In this document: one piece after another, positions 26,572 to 40,149 of the stretch | Layout of the letters: each line of letters starts with the position of its first letter | Position numbering within the stretch: position 1 is the first letter of the stretch | Origin: Vicugna vicugna | Lineage: Eukaryota | Assembly (NCBI GenBank): GCA_013265495.1 | Contig: MU058018.1 | Span: 1 to 64,000, forward strand | Direction of reading: 5' to 3' | Length of the DNA stretch: 64,000 nucleotides | Program-made: the position numbers and the translations under genes | The notes under the pieces: generated by a model | Told to the model about the DNA's origin: nothing | The model's input: the letters and a program-made list of their open reading frames with translations, nothing else | Database searches by the model: none

Positions 26572-27043
26572 TGTGTAGGTTATCAATTGCAACATAGCAA
26601 ATCACCCCATCACGCAAAACAAAGATTATTTATCCTTTCAGCTCACACATCTGTAAACACCACAGGCATAGTTGGTCTAGGCTGAATTTAGCTGGGTTGA
26701 CTGAATTTACTCCTCTGCAGTTTGCTAGTCTGAGAAATTCTGTTCTTTACCACTTATTCTGGGCAGCTTACCCAGAGAGGTTCTCCTCTTCATGTCTCAT
26801 TTTCTTTCTGGAACCAGAAGACTGGCTGAGAATGTTCTTCTGCTGGCAATGAGAGAGCCACAAGTGACCAAGTCCCATTGCATAAACTCAGATCAAACTT
26901 TGCTTGTATCATGCCTGCTGAAATTCCATTGGTCAAAGCAAGTCCCACAGATAAACTCAGTTCACCAGACAATAGTAGGAAGCCCTATAAAGGCATGGAT
27001 TCAGGGAGATATGAAGATTTTAAGTCAGATATGCAATCTATCA
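26572..27043 (-). mobile_element. MaLR LTR (MLT1 I/J-like)
   Basis: agcaaatcacccc...atgttcttctgctggcaatg...tgctgaaattccattggtcaaagcaagtc...tgcaatctatca. Confidence 0.7.
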
Positions 27044-27256
27044 AAAACTGGAAATTAGACAAAGCTAGGTGTAACTGGCAGCCCAGCCAAATTCCAGCTG
27101 TGTGATACTGAATTTAGTTTGTTTCAACAGGAAAGCAGGGACGGTTGTACATACAAATAAGACCATTTGTGTGATTATAAGAATTAAATGAGATAATATA
27201 AAACGTGTGAAGACAGCATAATGAAAATTTTCAATATCAAAATGTGTAAGAAAATA

Positions 27257-27490
27257 TAATTGATCCTTGAACAACATGTATTTGAACTGTGCAGGTCCAC
27301 GTACATATGGATTTTTTTCCATAGTTAATGCTACAGTGCTACACAACCCATTGCTGTTTGAAACCACAGATGCAGAACTGCAGAAATGGACAAAACACAT
27401 ATGGAGAGCCTACTATAAATTATACAACTATTAGTTTTGACTGCACAACAGGGAGGCAGTCTAACCCCCTTGTTGTTCAAGGGTCAAATG
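27257..27490. mobile_element. Tigger2-derived MITE (MER8/Tigger2a-like)
   Basis: Terminal inverted repeats taattgatccttgaacaac...gttgttcaagggtcaaatg, with TA on each side (27255-27256 and 27491-27492). Confidence 0.9.
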
Positions 27491-29109
27491 TAAAAATCTG
27501 GAATGCCATGCCCTATGTAACATCAAATATATGTTAATTTAATCCACAACAAGTTAAGAAAATCTAATTTTATTCAACACAGTTTAGGAGTTGACAACTT
27601 GAAAATTTACTCCTTTGAGAAAGACACACATATCAATGACAGCTTGGATATCTATTAATAAATCTACTAGTCTAAAAGGTGATTCTGTGCCCTTTACAGA
27701 AGTGGTAATATATTATTCAACCAACAACTGATTATTTACCAACAATTTTTAATTTAAGGTTAAGCTACAAAGTTCCTTCCCTGTGATTTGAAAGCGAAAT
27801 ATCTGAATTTTCATATAAATTTTATGTAATTATGAAGTGTTAAATGAGGCCTGAACAAATGGTACATTATCCTTAATTTTCTTTGTCTTGCGATGGCCAT
27901 AATTAATTAAATATATGGAAAAATGTATTAACTCACATTGAGGCATAAGACTCACATCTGTCTCTTGGATTTCAATCAATAGCACTGGTTTTAAAATTGA
28001 AAGCATTATTCCTGATGTAATTAGTCTCTAACTTACAGTTTTTGTACATGGCTCCCACTTAGATCAAGCAGGCTGTGCTGTTCCTTGAGAACTTTCCTGT
28101 GTAACTTTAAAACTTATTTCAAGGAGTTGGAGTAACCGAAAAACTAAGGATTAAGGATTCTTCTCTCTTTTCCTTTTCATTTAAATGGCTCCTCAGGGAA
28201 GATGGATAGGACTGGGGTGGGTTATAATTCCTTTTTCTACAATGTTCATGACATGCACTAATGAAAGTGTTCACCTTTATGTTCCTCTTGATTATAACCA
28301 AGGAATTTTTGATGCCACATAGGCATAAATTTTTGTTTCTTGATTGGAAAAGGGCAGGCTGGTTGTGGAGTCTAATTGCTGAAAGATGAAATTTGAGAAC
28401 TGGAGGTCATTGTGAAGTTATAATTCTTTCCCACATCCTGACAAATAACTAAAATTCTATTTTTTAAAAATTTGAGGTTAAGCTTTATTTTCTGAGGTTA
28501 CCACTTTTATTAGCACTTTCAAAAACAACAACCTACATACATAGTGAACCTCAATAGAAAAGTCATCTTCCAACATAATATAAACATGTATGTATAAGTT
28601 GGCTGAAGCGCACTTTTCTGAGATCCTTAGCAGTAAAGAGCCAACTGGGGGAAAGAAAGCCAGCAAGGTTCTTTTGACTCTTCCACTATTGAAAGTAATG
28701 CACTTACTAACAGACAACATTAGAGATCGGCTAGAGACCCAGAAAGGTGACTGATGTTTGATTTGTTTCCTTTGTCTAAAATGTGAGATGTGACATTCAT
28801 GTGCAGGTAGAGGTCATGAATAACTGCAGTCAAGAATGAATCAATTATATAAGAAAATGTTTTATCATAACTTTATTGTCATTTTATACTGTAACAGAAT
28901 ACATATATTCCTTGTGATATTAGAAAGTTTCCAAACTTTCAATTCTCTAAGCTTTCAATTTCTCTAAACTTCAGATCCTTCAAATCCTTAAGTGAACCCA
29001 TTTACCTAACAATTTATCTATGTGTCCATCCATCTAATGCATATGGAATAAAACTTACTTCATCTAAGACTTTACCAAGGTATTATAATGGTTATCGAAC
29101 ACTCAGCTT

Positions 29110-29470
29110 GCTAGGGCAGGTGACTTAGAAGTTAGTTGCTTCTCCAATCTACAAAAAACAAGAGTGTAATTCTCCACCTTTCTCATTTGCAGGCTTAGTC
29201 TGAGGATCAGATGAGATTACGAACAACAGCAACACTTTGTAAGCTGTGAGATCTGAGTTACTAGAATATAAAGGAAATATGTTTTGTTTTGATATTTGTG
29301 ATATAGTGGAAAGTCTACAAGCTCTGGGGTTAAATAAATAAATCTCATTGGTTCTTTCATCTATGAAATGGGAAGAAAAACATATTTGGATTTGAAATGG
29401 TATTTGGAAAGCATCTAGTAGATTTCCTGAAATATAACATGTACTCAGTAAGTGATTATTATTACTATTA
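29110..29470 (+). mobile_element. Two adjacent MIR fragments
   Basis: agggcaggtgacttag...tgaggatcagatgagatta...ctttgtaagctgtg, and ttctttcatctatgaaatggg...gtactcagtaagtgattattatt. Confidence 0.55.
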
Positions 29471-30039
29471 ATATCTTGAAATGGATGAAGACATGATCTG
29501 AATGAGGAGACAAAGTAGCAGGCAGTTTCCAGGATATGCACGACTCAAAATTAAACAGGTTTACACGACACTGACAAAATTGCCCATTGAGAAACAGGAT
29601 CACAGGCAGTGGCTGGGAAGACAGGAGGACAAGCGTAGCCCCGCAACGGGGAAGGAGGCACCAAGGTTAGAGAGTTCAGGGAAAGCGTCTTTTTGTCATA
29701 AGGGAACCAGTGCAAGTCTGAAGACTGTCACAGTGCCTGCACGAGTATGACCAGGGTTCGGGGGAAGAAGCTACTGAGATATCTGGGAGCATGTATATTT
29801 CTGTACTTCAGTCTAGGTCCTTCATCATTCAGCAAAGAAACAAATCTGCTGATTGACAATAACATCCATTATTTTACATAATTATATAACTGCGTATTAT
29901 GGACATTTAGTACATGTATACCCACATGCAATGTATTTAATCTTTTATTACAATTTTTAAAGTCCTTTGTATTTTGAAATTCTGTTATCACCACCCTTGA
30001 TTGTGTTTTGCAAGAATCAGACTACCTACCTGCTGTCAT

Positions 30040-30325
30040 GTGCATTAAATCCAGGCCTTTGTTCTTATCGTCCACCTGCATGAAACACCTTTTTATTTTC
30101 TATGTTTGCTCAATTCTTACCATCTTTTTAAGCCCCAACTGAAAGCTGAGTTCTTCCATGAAACTTTCTCTGAATTTTCCAATGTACTCTAATCCCCTTG
30201 TTCTCTGATCTTCTATTGACCTTAAGCCATAATACTCCATTTAGCACATGCCCCATCTCTAATCTTGTTACATTATGTTAATCTTGTCATTTCATTAAGC
30301 TTGTAAATCCCTTGTGAGCACAGAC
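30040..30325 (+). mobile_element. L2 fragment
   Basis: ggcctttgttcttatcgtccacctgcatgaaacacc...ttcttccatgaaactttctctga...ttgtaaatcccttgtgagcacagact. Confidence 0.6.
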
Positions 30326-30739
30326 TGAGGAAGAGTGAGAATTTATTCTCTCTAACTCCATTCTATCTCCTTTCAAGTTGAAGAAACTAGAAAGCTAAAA
30401 ACATTCCTAGACTTTCTGGCCACTAAGATTCCAGAAGAGAATTGGGTTCCACCAGTTGGGTTTACTTTGAGAAGAAATGGAAGGTAGGAATGAGGCAGAG
30501 CCATTCTCTTGCATCTCACTGGTTGTGCTGGGGAACAATGGTACAACCAGGTGTTGCTTTTCTGTGGTAAAGTTCTTTCACCCATTCTCCATCCATTCTT
30601 ACCAGACACATGTGCCTCAGTAGCAGGAGCTACTGTGGTGGTGACTTTTTCATCTTTTCTGCCTCATTAACTTATAGAGGTGCCTTTTTAAACTCTCAGC
30701 AATAGTGACAATCTCTACATCAGCAACACCAGTAAAAAT

Positions 30740-31020
30740 TAATAAACAGAAATTTCAATTAAAATACAATTGGGAGGCAAAAAAGGGGAAGCTCTTTTTC
30801 CCTAATAAGATAGCAGAGCCCAACAGGAAGAAGAAAGACTTCCTCTTCTTGCCCGTCAACAGTTCAGCTAATGAGAGATTGTCACAGCTCAGCCAACAGA
30901 AAACCAACTCTAGTTTGAACTCTCAGTTCCTCTGACTGACTGTTTACTTTAGCCCCCCCAACTTCCTTTTTGCCTCTTGAAAAGATCTCTCCTCTCTTCC
31001 CTGTGCAGGGACTTGCCTGT
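30740..31020 (+). mobile_element. Partial ERV1-class LTR (MER89-like)
   Basis: cagctaatgagagattgtcacagctcagccaac...ccccccaacttcctttttgcctc, CCAAT-like LTR U3 motifs; no intact termini seen. Confidence 0.45.
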
Positions 31021-31921
31021 AGAGGAAGACAGGAGAGCAATGAAAGTCAGCACTGGTGCCCAAAGGGCCAGGGAGAGAATTTGTACCTAGACCATGGTGA
31101 GTAGAAGCTTAGACCAGCTCACAGTCAGTGTGGAGAACATCAGAAACGCTGGTGGTGAACTGTGGCTGGGATTAGAACTTTTGTGTGGAGAAGCAGAAGC
31201 TCAAAGCTAGTAAGACTGCAGTAGCAATGCAAAGGTGACCTAAATTGCACCCATGAGTTAGGGAGGACTGGAGAAACTTGGTTTACGAAGAGTTTGTATG
31301 TAATTTTCCATTTCTCTGTTTTTCTGGAATGAAGCCATACCCTTATACAGGATTCTTTCAAAAACCCAGCAATCCATACCCACCAAATATTCATCTTTCC
31401 TATGGTTCCATTCAAAAGAGAAGAAAACTTTTATATAAATGCACATTGGGTAAAAAGAGGCAAGCATCTACTCCTGTATGTCATGTACTAAACAAATTAA
31501 TTTCAAAGAACTTCAGTTTATTCTACTATAAAATGGAAGATATTAACCCTATCATTAATAAAGGCTAAAAGGATTAAATGAGACAGTATTTGTGAAAGAC
31601 ATGTGTAGAAAGCTCTATAAAAACACAGTGGGAAATAATTATTTGATTGACTAGCTGTCCCCGGTCAGAAACCAAACAAGAGTCTGCCCTTCAGTGCATA
31701 CATTTAAGTAGAACAGCCTGTGGCTGAGTAGAAAGATATGATTTATACATTTAATAATTCCATTAGCACTTATTCTTAACCAGACCCTGTATCATCTCTG
31801 GTTTTAAAGAGCTACTTGATATGCTTAATGCTAAATAATTCTGGAACCCATCTACCCACATTTAGATAATGGGTTCTAGTCTTACATAATCCCTAACCAG
31901 TTCTAATGAGGCATCTCTTCT

Positions 31922-32131
31922 AAGCAAAAAGGATTTTTACAAAAAATCCAAAAATTAATGTTTTAGGTATTGTGGGCCATGTGATCTCTGTTGCATTGAC
32001 CCAACTCTACCATCGTTATCAGGAAAGCAGACACAGATAATACGTTAACAATGACTGTTTTCTGATGTATGTTATTTAAACAAACAGATCAGCCAAGGTT
32101 TGGCCCAAAATCTTAACTTTGTCAACCCCTG
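31922..32131. mobile_element. MER58A-like hAT MITE
   Basis: ttttaggtattgtgggccat...ctctgttgc...caactctaccatcg...tttggcccaaaatc...tttgtcaacccctg terminus. Confidence 0.7.
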
Positions 32132-32825
32132 GTTAAACAATGAAAAAATACAAGATATTTTGATGCGTATGTGTATATAGTCTAAAGAGATCTCATATAT
32201 CTTGTTTTAAAATATATTTATTTTACAAGTGAAAAACATTCCAAATATATATGTAAATCATAGATGGATAGATATACAGACAGATAAATAGACATGTAGT
32301 TTAAAACTAAACCTGTATCCCACTTCCCACAGTAGAGACCTGTTATTATTTTATTATTTTACATATTATGCTTCTAGAGTCAAAGAAAAAAGAAAGAATA
32401 TAAGTTACAGATAAATAAAGTTCATTTGATTACTACCAAAAGTCACATTCTCTTTACACTCTCTCTTCTTGAGGAAATCATTGTGACGATTTTGATGAAT
32501 ATATTTTTGGATTTTAAAAATATTTAAACTGCATATTTATATGAATATAAACCTATCCAGAATATATCCATAAACAATACACAGATTTTATTTATATATG
32601 TGGACATGTCCATCTGCCTTTTTTAAATCTATAGAAATGTATATCCCTAACAGTAGTATATAAATAGACTTGTTTCCCCACATTCAAGCAAACACTTGAT
32701 GTCATCATGTTTTTCATTTTTGTCAATTCAATGGAGGAAATAAAATTCAATTATTGATCTTTGTCAATTTGATGGAGTCAATTCAATCAAATCTCATTGT
32801 TTTAATCTACATTTTCTAATTACAA

Positions 32826-33400
32826 ATTAATTTAAAAGACACATACACCACAATGTTCTTAGCAGTACTATTTACAACAGCCAAGACATGGAAACAACCC
32901 AAATGTCCATCAATAGATGATTGGATAAAGAAGTTGTGGTACATATATACAATGGAATACTACTTAGCCATAAAAAGAATAAAATAATGCCATTCACAGC
33001 AACATGGGTGGACCTAGAGATTAGAGATTATCAAATAAAGTAATTTAGACAAAGACAAGTATCATATGATATCGCTTACATGTGGAATCTAAAAAACTGA
33101 CACAAATAAACTTATTTACAAAGCAGACTCACAGACATAAAAAAAAAAAACTTGCAGTTACCAAATGGAAAAGAGGAGAAGGAATAAATTAGGAGTTTGC
33201 GATTAGCAGATACACAAAATAGATAAACAATAAGGTCCTACTATATATAACAGAGAAATAACTTCATCCAGTACTTTTGTAGGAACATAAATAAAAAATG
33301 TGAAAAAGAGTATATATATATATAACTGAATCACTATGTTGTATGTCAGAAACTAACACAATATTGTATATCAACTATACTTATATTAAATAAATAAAAA
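32826..33400 (+). mobile_element. 5'-truncated cetartiodactyl-type L1 (ORF2 end, 3' UTR and A-rich tail)
   Basis: agccaagacatggaaacaacccaaatgtccatcaatagatgattggataaagaag...ggagtttgcgattagcagatac...ataactgaatcactatgttgta...tcaactatactt. Confidence 0.92.
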
Positions 33401-33474
33401 TGTGGTTTTTAATATATCAATTATAGCAATAAAGCTGTTTAAAAAAAACTAAAAAAATTATCATGTTTATTGGC

Positions 33475-34017
33475 TGTGGAAGGCCGAATAATGCCCCTTC
33501 AATGTCCTTTCCCCAAACCCCAGAACCTATGAATGTTACTGTACATGGAAAAACAGACTTTGCAGATTAAGGCTAAAGACGTTGCAATTCAGAGATCATC
33601 CCAGACTATTGGCGTTTACCCAATCATATGAACTCTGAAGAGCATAAAAATGGAAGAAGAGTCAAAGTAATTCAATGTGAGAAGAACTCCATCTACTATT
33701 GTTGGCTTTTAAAATGGAGGAAGGGGACCATGAGTCACAGAATAAAGCATCTTCTGAATTTGGGAATGACTCAGTTTGTAGCTTGCAAGGAAATGAGAGC
33801 CTCAGAACTGCAACCTTAAGGAACCGAACTCTGCCAACCACCTGAATGTGTAGGAAACACTCTCCCAGAGCCTCCAGAAAGGGAATAGCCTGCTGATGAA
33901 CTGATTTTAGTGTGTTGAGAACTATGTCAGACTTGTGACCTCAAAAACTATAAAATAATAAATTTGTGTTGTTTAAGCCACTGAGTTTGTAGTAATTTGT
34001 TATGGCAACTATAGAAC
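33475..34017 (+). mobile_element. MaLR LTR (MLT1D/E-like)
   Basis: TGTGGAAGGCCGAATAATGCCCC start; cagactttgcagatt; aataataaatttgtgttgtttaagccactgagtttgtagtaatttgttatggcaac end. Confidence 0.88.
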
Positions 34018-34325
34018 TGGATGTTAGCATGTATTCTTTTGTAACTTACCTGTTCTTATCATTTGCCCATTTTTCTGTCAGGTTTTGCTTATTAATTAGT
34101 AGTTCTTTGTACACTTGGTTTAATTATCCCTTGTTATATAGTCTCTATTATATTAGCTGCAAAATCTTCTCTAGGTCTGTCACTTGTCTTTTAACTTTAT
34201 TTACAGGTGTCTTGATATACAGATGACTTTCATTTAATGTAGTGAAATTTGTGAAAGTATATCCATTAAGAGTATGCTTCTGTTGTATTAAGAAAACACT
34301 GTTTCATTATTAAAAGGTAACTAGA

Positions 34326-34480
34326 AGGGGGGAGGGTATAGCTCAAGCTGTAGCATGCATGCTCAGCATGTTTGAGGTCCTGGGTTCAATCCCCAGTGCC
34401 TCCATTAAAAAAATAATTAATTAAATAGACCTAACTAACTCCCCTTCAAGCAAAAACATAAATAAATAAAAATTTAAAAA
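34326..34480 (+). mobile_element. tRNA-derived SINE, camelid Vic-1 type
   Basis: GGGGAGGGTATAGCTCAAG head (A box), B box GGGTTCAATCCC, A-rich tail; 15-bp TSD taaaaggtaactaga (34311-34325) and taaaagataactaga (34481-34495). Confidence 0.9.
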
Positions 34481-36089
34481 TAAAAGATAACTAGACTATG
34501 TGCTGATTTGATCAGTAAGGAGACTTCTAGGTTGAGTGCTGACAATGTAAATTGGTTTCTTTTAATTGCATGCAATAAGATACAGAAAATAAGAGATGAA
34601 AAGAAAAAAATGAAATTTTATTTTCTAGTAGTTACCTACTATAACATTGTTTCTATCTTATTATCTTACACAATATAAAACTGACATTTTGTGACCTAAA
34701 CAGTAGACTATGGGCAATTTCACATGATTTCACATATATATTCTGTATCCAATTATTCAAATTTCTTCATGGATTCTTGTCAGGTTTATAGTTTTTTACA
34801 TAGGCTGTGAAAAATCCTCATTCAGATCATTTGAATTCCCTCACTAGATTTTAACTGTTTTATAGGTTATTTGAAATTTTTTTTAAAAAAATTGAAAGTT
34901 ACCATTGAAAGCTACACAGTGAAATACTGTGCATTGTCAGGCAAGATGTCTCTGTGAGGAATGTGCATCTTTTTTGACCTTAAGTCCCAGAGCCTTGGAA
35001 CTAAGACTAGACTTGCAGAGTCTAGCGCCTGTGACTTAAATCATATTTGTATATTACCACCATTATGCAATCCAGTAATTTTCCACATCGGACTTATCCA
35101 GGGTTCTACTTTCTTTTTCAGCCTATGCCCCTTTAGGTGCAGAAATGCAAGCTATTATTACTTGAAAACTGGATTTGAAACATTTTGTGTCATTATGATT
35201 GTTGCTGTTGTTGCTTTTTCATTGAAATCAGGCAAAGAAGGGAGTCAAATCCAAACACTAGCCCTTGTCAGCTGCTGGATAGGGATTTGCCTCAGGTCTC
35301 TCTCACACAACATGCTATGTATGCTACTTTGTGGATTTGGTAATGTAGATATAATTTCTGTTACCTAGTGCAAGGTTTTATATATTAAACCAGTGGGAGG
35401 CAGAGGCTATAGAGAGCTTTCCATATTTAATGAAGCTCTTCATTATCTGGGGATGTGATCCAGGAAATATCTAATACATTTGCTTCAAAGTCCGAATTTT
35501 GTGGTGGCAGATGGGATTAGTCTAAGAATACCCAGAAGCCAGTTCTCTTTCTGAAGAAATAATAATGATGATGAATATTGTTATTACAATGGTTTCTTTC
35601 ATCAAGGATCTAAGTATTTTATTAACCAGAGTTACAGGCTGGTATAATTTCAAGTAAAAATAGAGCTCTTTTTTTTTTCCCCTCCTGCTGACAAAGATTT
35701 CTAGGTTAACATTAGAGCACATTTTAATCATGACCATCTTTCACAGGTTAGACAAAAGGGAGAGGTTAGCCAGAATTTAGACAGAAACCAGTACATGATT
35801 CAGTAATTTGAGATTGCTTAACATTTTCAGGCCAGTTAAATACCAGGGAGTCTACTCATTAGTGAATATCAATACACAATGGTATCTTGAAGACTTAACG
35901 GATGAATTGAGGAGCATTTATTTCTGTTTTCTTAAGTAGAGTCTACTGAAACTTACTCCAAGATGCACTAAGGGATAAGGAAATAGATGCATTTGAAAAC
36001 TGGTCCATATATATAATATATAGAGTATGGATGTATACATATGTATATACATATAAATATGTGTATATATATATATATCGTCATAGTAC

Positions 36090-36258
36090 GAATTAACATT
36101 TTAAAGGTTTGCAGAAATACTACAATAAAGAAATTTGTCTGACTTATTTAAACCAATTTTTTCCAAATTTTTAACCACATTTCTTCTATCTTGCATAATA
36201 CTTGTCAATACCCTTAGAAATGACATATCCAGAAAATACACATTATGAAACTCTGATT
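36090..36258. mobile_element. MER103-like fragment, opposite orientation to the 5.6-kb copy
   Basis: ttaaaggtttgcagaaatactacaataaagaaatttgtctgacttatttaaaccaatttttccaaa mirrors 6200-6270. Confidence 0.55.
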
Positions 36259-38192
36259 TACTTGTTTTTTACAAACTGATGAGATGTGAATCCTAAATAT
36301 TCAATTTCTTGTTTTAGAGGTTTTAAAATATATTTTATTTTAAATTCTGGCCATGATTTGCATATAATGAAAATAATAGATGTCCAAATATTTTTGCTTC
36401 ACCCCTTTCCATTCCAAACGATGAAATTGGCTACATCAGTTATACTGCTTTCAACCACTTTAAGTTGGACAAGAAAAATGATCTTTTTCTTCTTTAAAAA
36501 GAAAGCAAAGAAAAGAAGTTCATAACATTCCTCCCCATCTGTTTACCAATTAAACATAATGGTGAGTCACTTTTTTTCCTATGAACAGCAAAATTACTAG
36601 TGCATAAAGACAAAATGTCTGTTTTAAATCAAGAATCTGAACTCTTTGCCAGAATATTCTCAGATATCTTTTTAATTAATGCTATGACCAGGCTAAGGAG
36701 GTTAGAGTATATATGTAGCTATCTAGCTATCTCACTATGGTTTTTTCAAATAGATTTGAAAATCTGTTTGGGGAGATGCCAAACACTAAAAGAGATTTGT
36801 TGTATGTATGGCTATTATAATGCATATGCAGAAACTTACCTATCTGCAAATTACAGATAAGATGAGCCTAATTAGGAAGGAAATTATGATTTCAAACTTT
36901 TTCAATGAATGAAGTCATTATTTAAAGCATTCAAAAACATTACACATAAGAAATCAATAATTGTACTTTCATTCATTCAAAAAAGTATTTATTAAGGGGC
37001 AGGCATACATATAAGACATTATGTTAAATATTAGCTTAATGTCTAATTAAGAGAGACAAAGATGGTTAAATCCCAGATTCTCAAAATCATCATGCAACTG
37101 TTCAGATGCAGGTACTTCCCACTGGGTATCATTGTGTGGAAAGCACTCTAGGGAACACTTGATTATTGACCAGAGTCTGGCCTGAACTCTCTTTGTGCTC
37201 TCCTACTCTAATGAAGTCTACTTAACTATTTGTAAGCTTAGACTGGAGTCCAGAAAGAAGCCAGCATTCCCAATGCAACATGATTTCAATTCTCCAAATT
37301 TTACCATCTCCATGAGTGGTAGAGTCAATCACAAATAAAAGGAAGAAAATGGCATTTTTCCAAACTCAAAGAAGAACTAACCTAACCTATCAGCTTCTTG
37401 CTTTCTTCCATCTAGATCTACTGTAATTCTGCTAGGTCTTTCTTTCAATAGTCTAGGTTAATTGTCATTTGAAAATCCCTTTCAAAATGGGAGGCAATCC
37501 CATCTACATTTCCAAGAGTTCCAAGAGAGAAGGATAACCAAAGTGTTCCAAACAGAAAAATGGCCACTTGATGTGGAAGGAAGTCCTCTTAATTTCTTAG
37601 TCTGAAATCTCTAGAACCTATCACTATGGCCTATTTATGTCCTTGAGACTGGAGTTATGAATGGGGAAGTAGAATGTCATTGAATCCCACCAAGAGGTTA
37701 TATATAAACCTTCAGGGAGCTTATGTTCTAGGAGTAGTTAGTGACTATCAAGTGAGACTACATTTTAGACTCTGTGAATAAAAATGAGTCCCAAGCCCCA
37801 CTCCATAGTCTGTATTTTTTTCCCAGCACACCCAGGTGATTTCTAAAACTGCAATATTTGCCAAATACAGGTGTTGGGTTGCCTCTGGTAACTTTAATAT
37901 AAAACAAACTACAATGATAGTATCAAAGAGGTACAGAACATGATCTTTACTACCTGAGTTCTACTCAAAAATCAAGTGGATGAGGTTTCTATATTAAGGG
38001 AATATGTTTACAGGGCAAGCATATAGTGTAAAGTCACAGCATCTCTTCACACATGGTGGGAGAGTTTATTAGCACAAACCAAGGGAAGAAGCTAGACTTT
38101 AGGTACAGGGTTAGGTTTAGGTTTAGGTTTAGGGTTCAGAACAAGAACTTACTACTCAACAGAGGTTTTCATAATTGCTCAAGTGGGTGTAT

Positions 38193-38228
38193 GGAAGGAG
38201 AAGAAAGAGAAAGAAAGAAAAGAAAGAA

Positions 38229-38284
<56 letters not shown>

Positions 38285-38355
38285 GAGAAAGAGAGAAAAA
38301 AAAAGAGAGAAAGAGAGAAAGAAAGAGAGAAAGAGAGAAAGAAAGAAAGAAAGAG

Positions 38356-38386
<31 letters not shown>

Positions 38387-38435
38387 GCAAAAGAGAGAGA
38401 GAAAGAGAGAAAGAAAGAGAGAAAGAGAGAAAGAG

Positions 38436-38466
<31 letters not shown>

Positions 38467-38473
38467 GAGGAAG
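38193..38473. repeat. Compound (GAAA)n/(GA)n polypurine tract, 281 bp
   Basis: All purine on the + strand except one C at 38388. Confidence 0.97.
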
Positions 38474-39742
38474 TAAGTCCCTAAATTAAAAAACTACACT
38501 GAGTATAATTTATGCTTTTATTCATAATTAATGGCTTCTGAATCTTCAGTATAAGTATCAATTCTTACTGGCTTGGCAAAGTAGTAGTAAATATATCAAG
38601 AAGGTGAAATAAAAGATACATTTCCATTTCCCAGTCTGCCTCTTCCCACAACACATACGTGTAATATACGCCTAAATAGAACAGAAAGCCCAGAGCTCTG
38701 CGTGGCTGTGGATGAGAGCACGTCAGGATAATATGAGAGAATGTACAACTGGCTCATAATTTTAATACCTTTTTACTCGCTAATACTGAAAGGAGAAAGT
38801 GACTTTCAAAACATGTATTTTCAGCATTATACTATGTATATAATATGTATATTACATATATACACACCTGATTTATTTATGCAATACTTCTAAAGCACCA
38901 GAGTAAAGATTTGTAAGTCTTCTGGGATGTAATGACATGTCAGGGAAGAAAATACATCTTAGGGGACATTTCTTTACCATTGATGTTACTATAAGTGAAT
39001 CTATGGCATGCCTCTAAATGAAAAACCTAATTTTTTGACTCAAATTTAAGTGACATAAGTTTAGATACATTATAGGTCTGTGTATATTACACATTTGACA
39101 GATTTTAATAGGAAAATTAATAGTTCACCCAGAAAGAAAGTCAGCAAGAAGCTGCCATGGGAAACTGCTCCATCAGTGGATTCAAAATTGGAGCAAGTTC
39201 ACAGATGTTTGGTCTCTGATAAGAAAGAGGTGCCAGTGATAATTTGCCTATGGTGACCTTTTAAAATAATGTCAGTTCCCAAAGAACTACCACCATCTGG
39301 ATGGTTGCTGGCTCTAAGACATAGACCTAAATTAAGTGTAGCAAGTAAGCCAGGATTATTTTAAACAATGACAAACTTATCTTAATTTGTAATAGGACTG
39401 TGTGGGCTCCCTGCTTTAGACCAATCACCCTCTCTCTGTGATTCCTAACTATCTGGGTAATGATAAGAATTGGCTTTCACAGTCACTCTCATCACACGCC
39501 CACCTACACCACATATGAGGAGAATGAGCCCCTGTCCCTTTTCTATCCCCAAATTCCTTCTGGACAGAGATGCAGTAGAATAGGACACAAGATATATGAT
39601 AGGTAACTACATGATTAATTGTTTACACCTAATTCTAGCAAAGTTATTATGGAGAAACTATGGGTTTCTACATACTTGGAAAGGGAAATGGAAATATATC
39701 TTAAAAGTTCTTACATTATATATGAAGTGGTATGTATATATA

Positions 39743-39913
39743 TTTTAACTGAAATATATATGATTTATAATATTGTGTTAGTTTCAGGTGTACAGCAAAG
39801 TGATTCAGTCGTGTGTGTGCATATATATATATAACATTTTCCATTGTAGGTTATACAAGCTATTAAATATAGTTCCCTGTGCTATATAGTAAATACTTGT
39901 TACTTAGCTATTT
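39743..39913 (-). mobile_element. Short cetartiodactyl L1 3' end
   Basis: atattgtgttagtttcaggtgtacagcaaagtgattcag...atatagttccctgtgctatatagta. Confidence 0.88.
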
Positions 39914-40149
39914 CCACATACCTGGGAACTCTTTCAAGCATGCAGGATCAAAAGAGCCCTTTAACAAAAATAAATTCTAACCTGCAGGACAAAGGTCTTC
40001 CTAAGTGCTCTCTAGGCATTGGGCAAAGGCACAACTAGCTAGACAAGACGTGATTCAACTGTTAATTACTATTTACTTCATTTCTTTTGGTTGTTCTCAT
40101 TATACTAGATAATAATTATAATTTTTCATAAAGCACTGGTCAGCTTTGC

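Larger units (their letters stand above)
32200..34300 (-). mobile_element. Old L1ME-like fragment hosting two nested insertions
   Basis: tgtttccccacattcaagcaaacacttgatgtc...tctcattgttttaat, resumed at tcatgtttattggc and atttgcccatttttctgt...aatcttctctaggtctgtcacttgtctttt. Confidence 0.65.

Noticed and set aside
34327..34403. tRNA-like sequence
   Set aside because: The A-rich tail and TSD show it is a SINE head, not a tRNA gene.
38053..38489. Four K/E/R-rich or F/L/S-rich ORFs of 73-143 aa
   Set aside because: They are translations of the GAAA repeat, which lacks stop codons.
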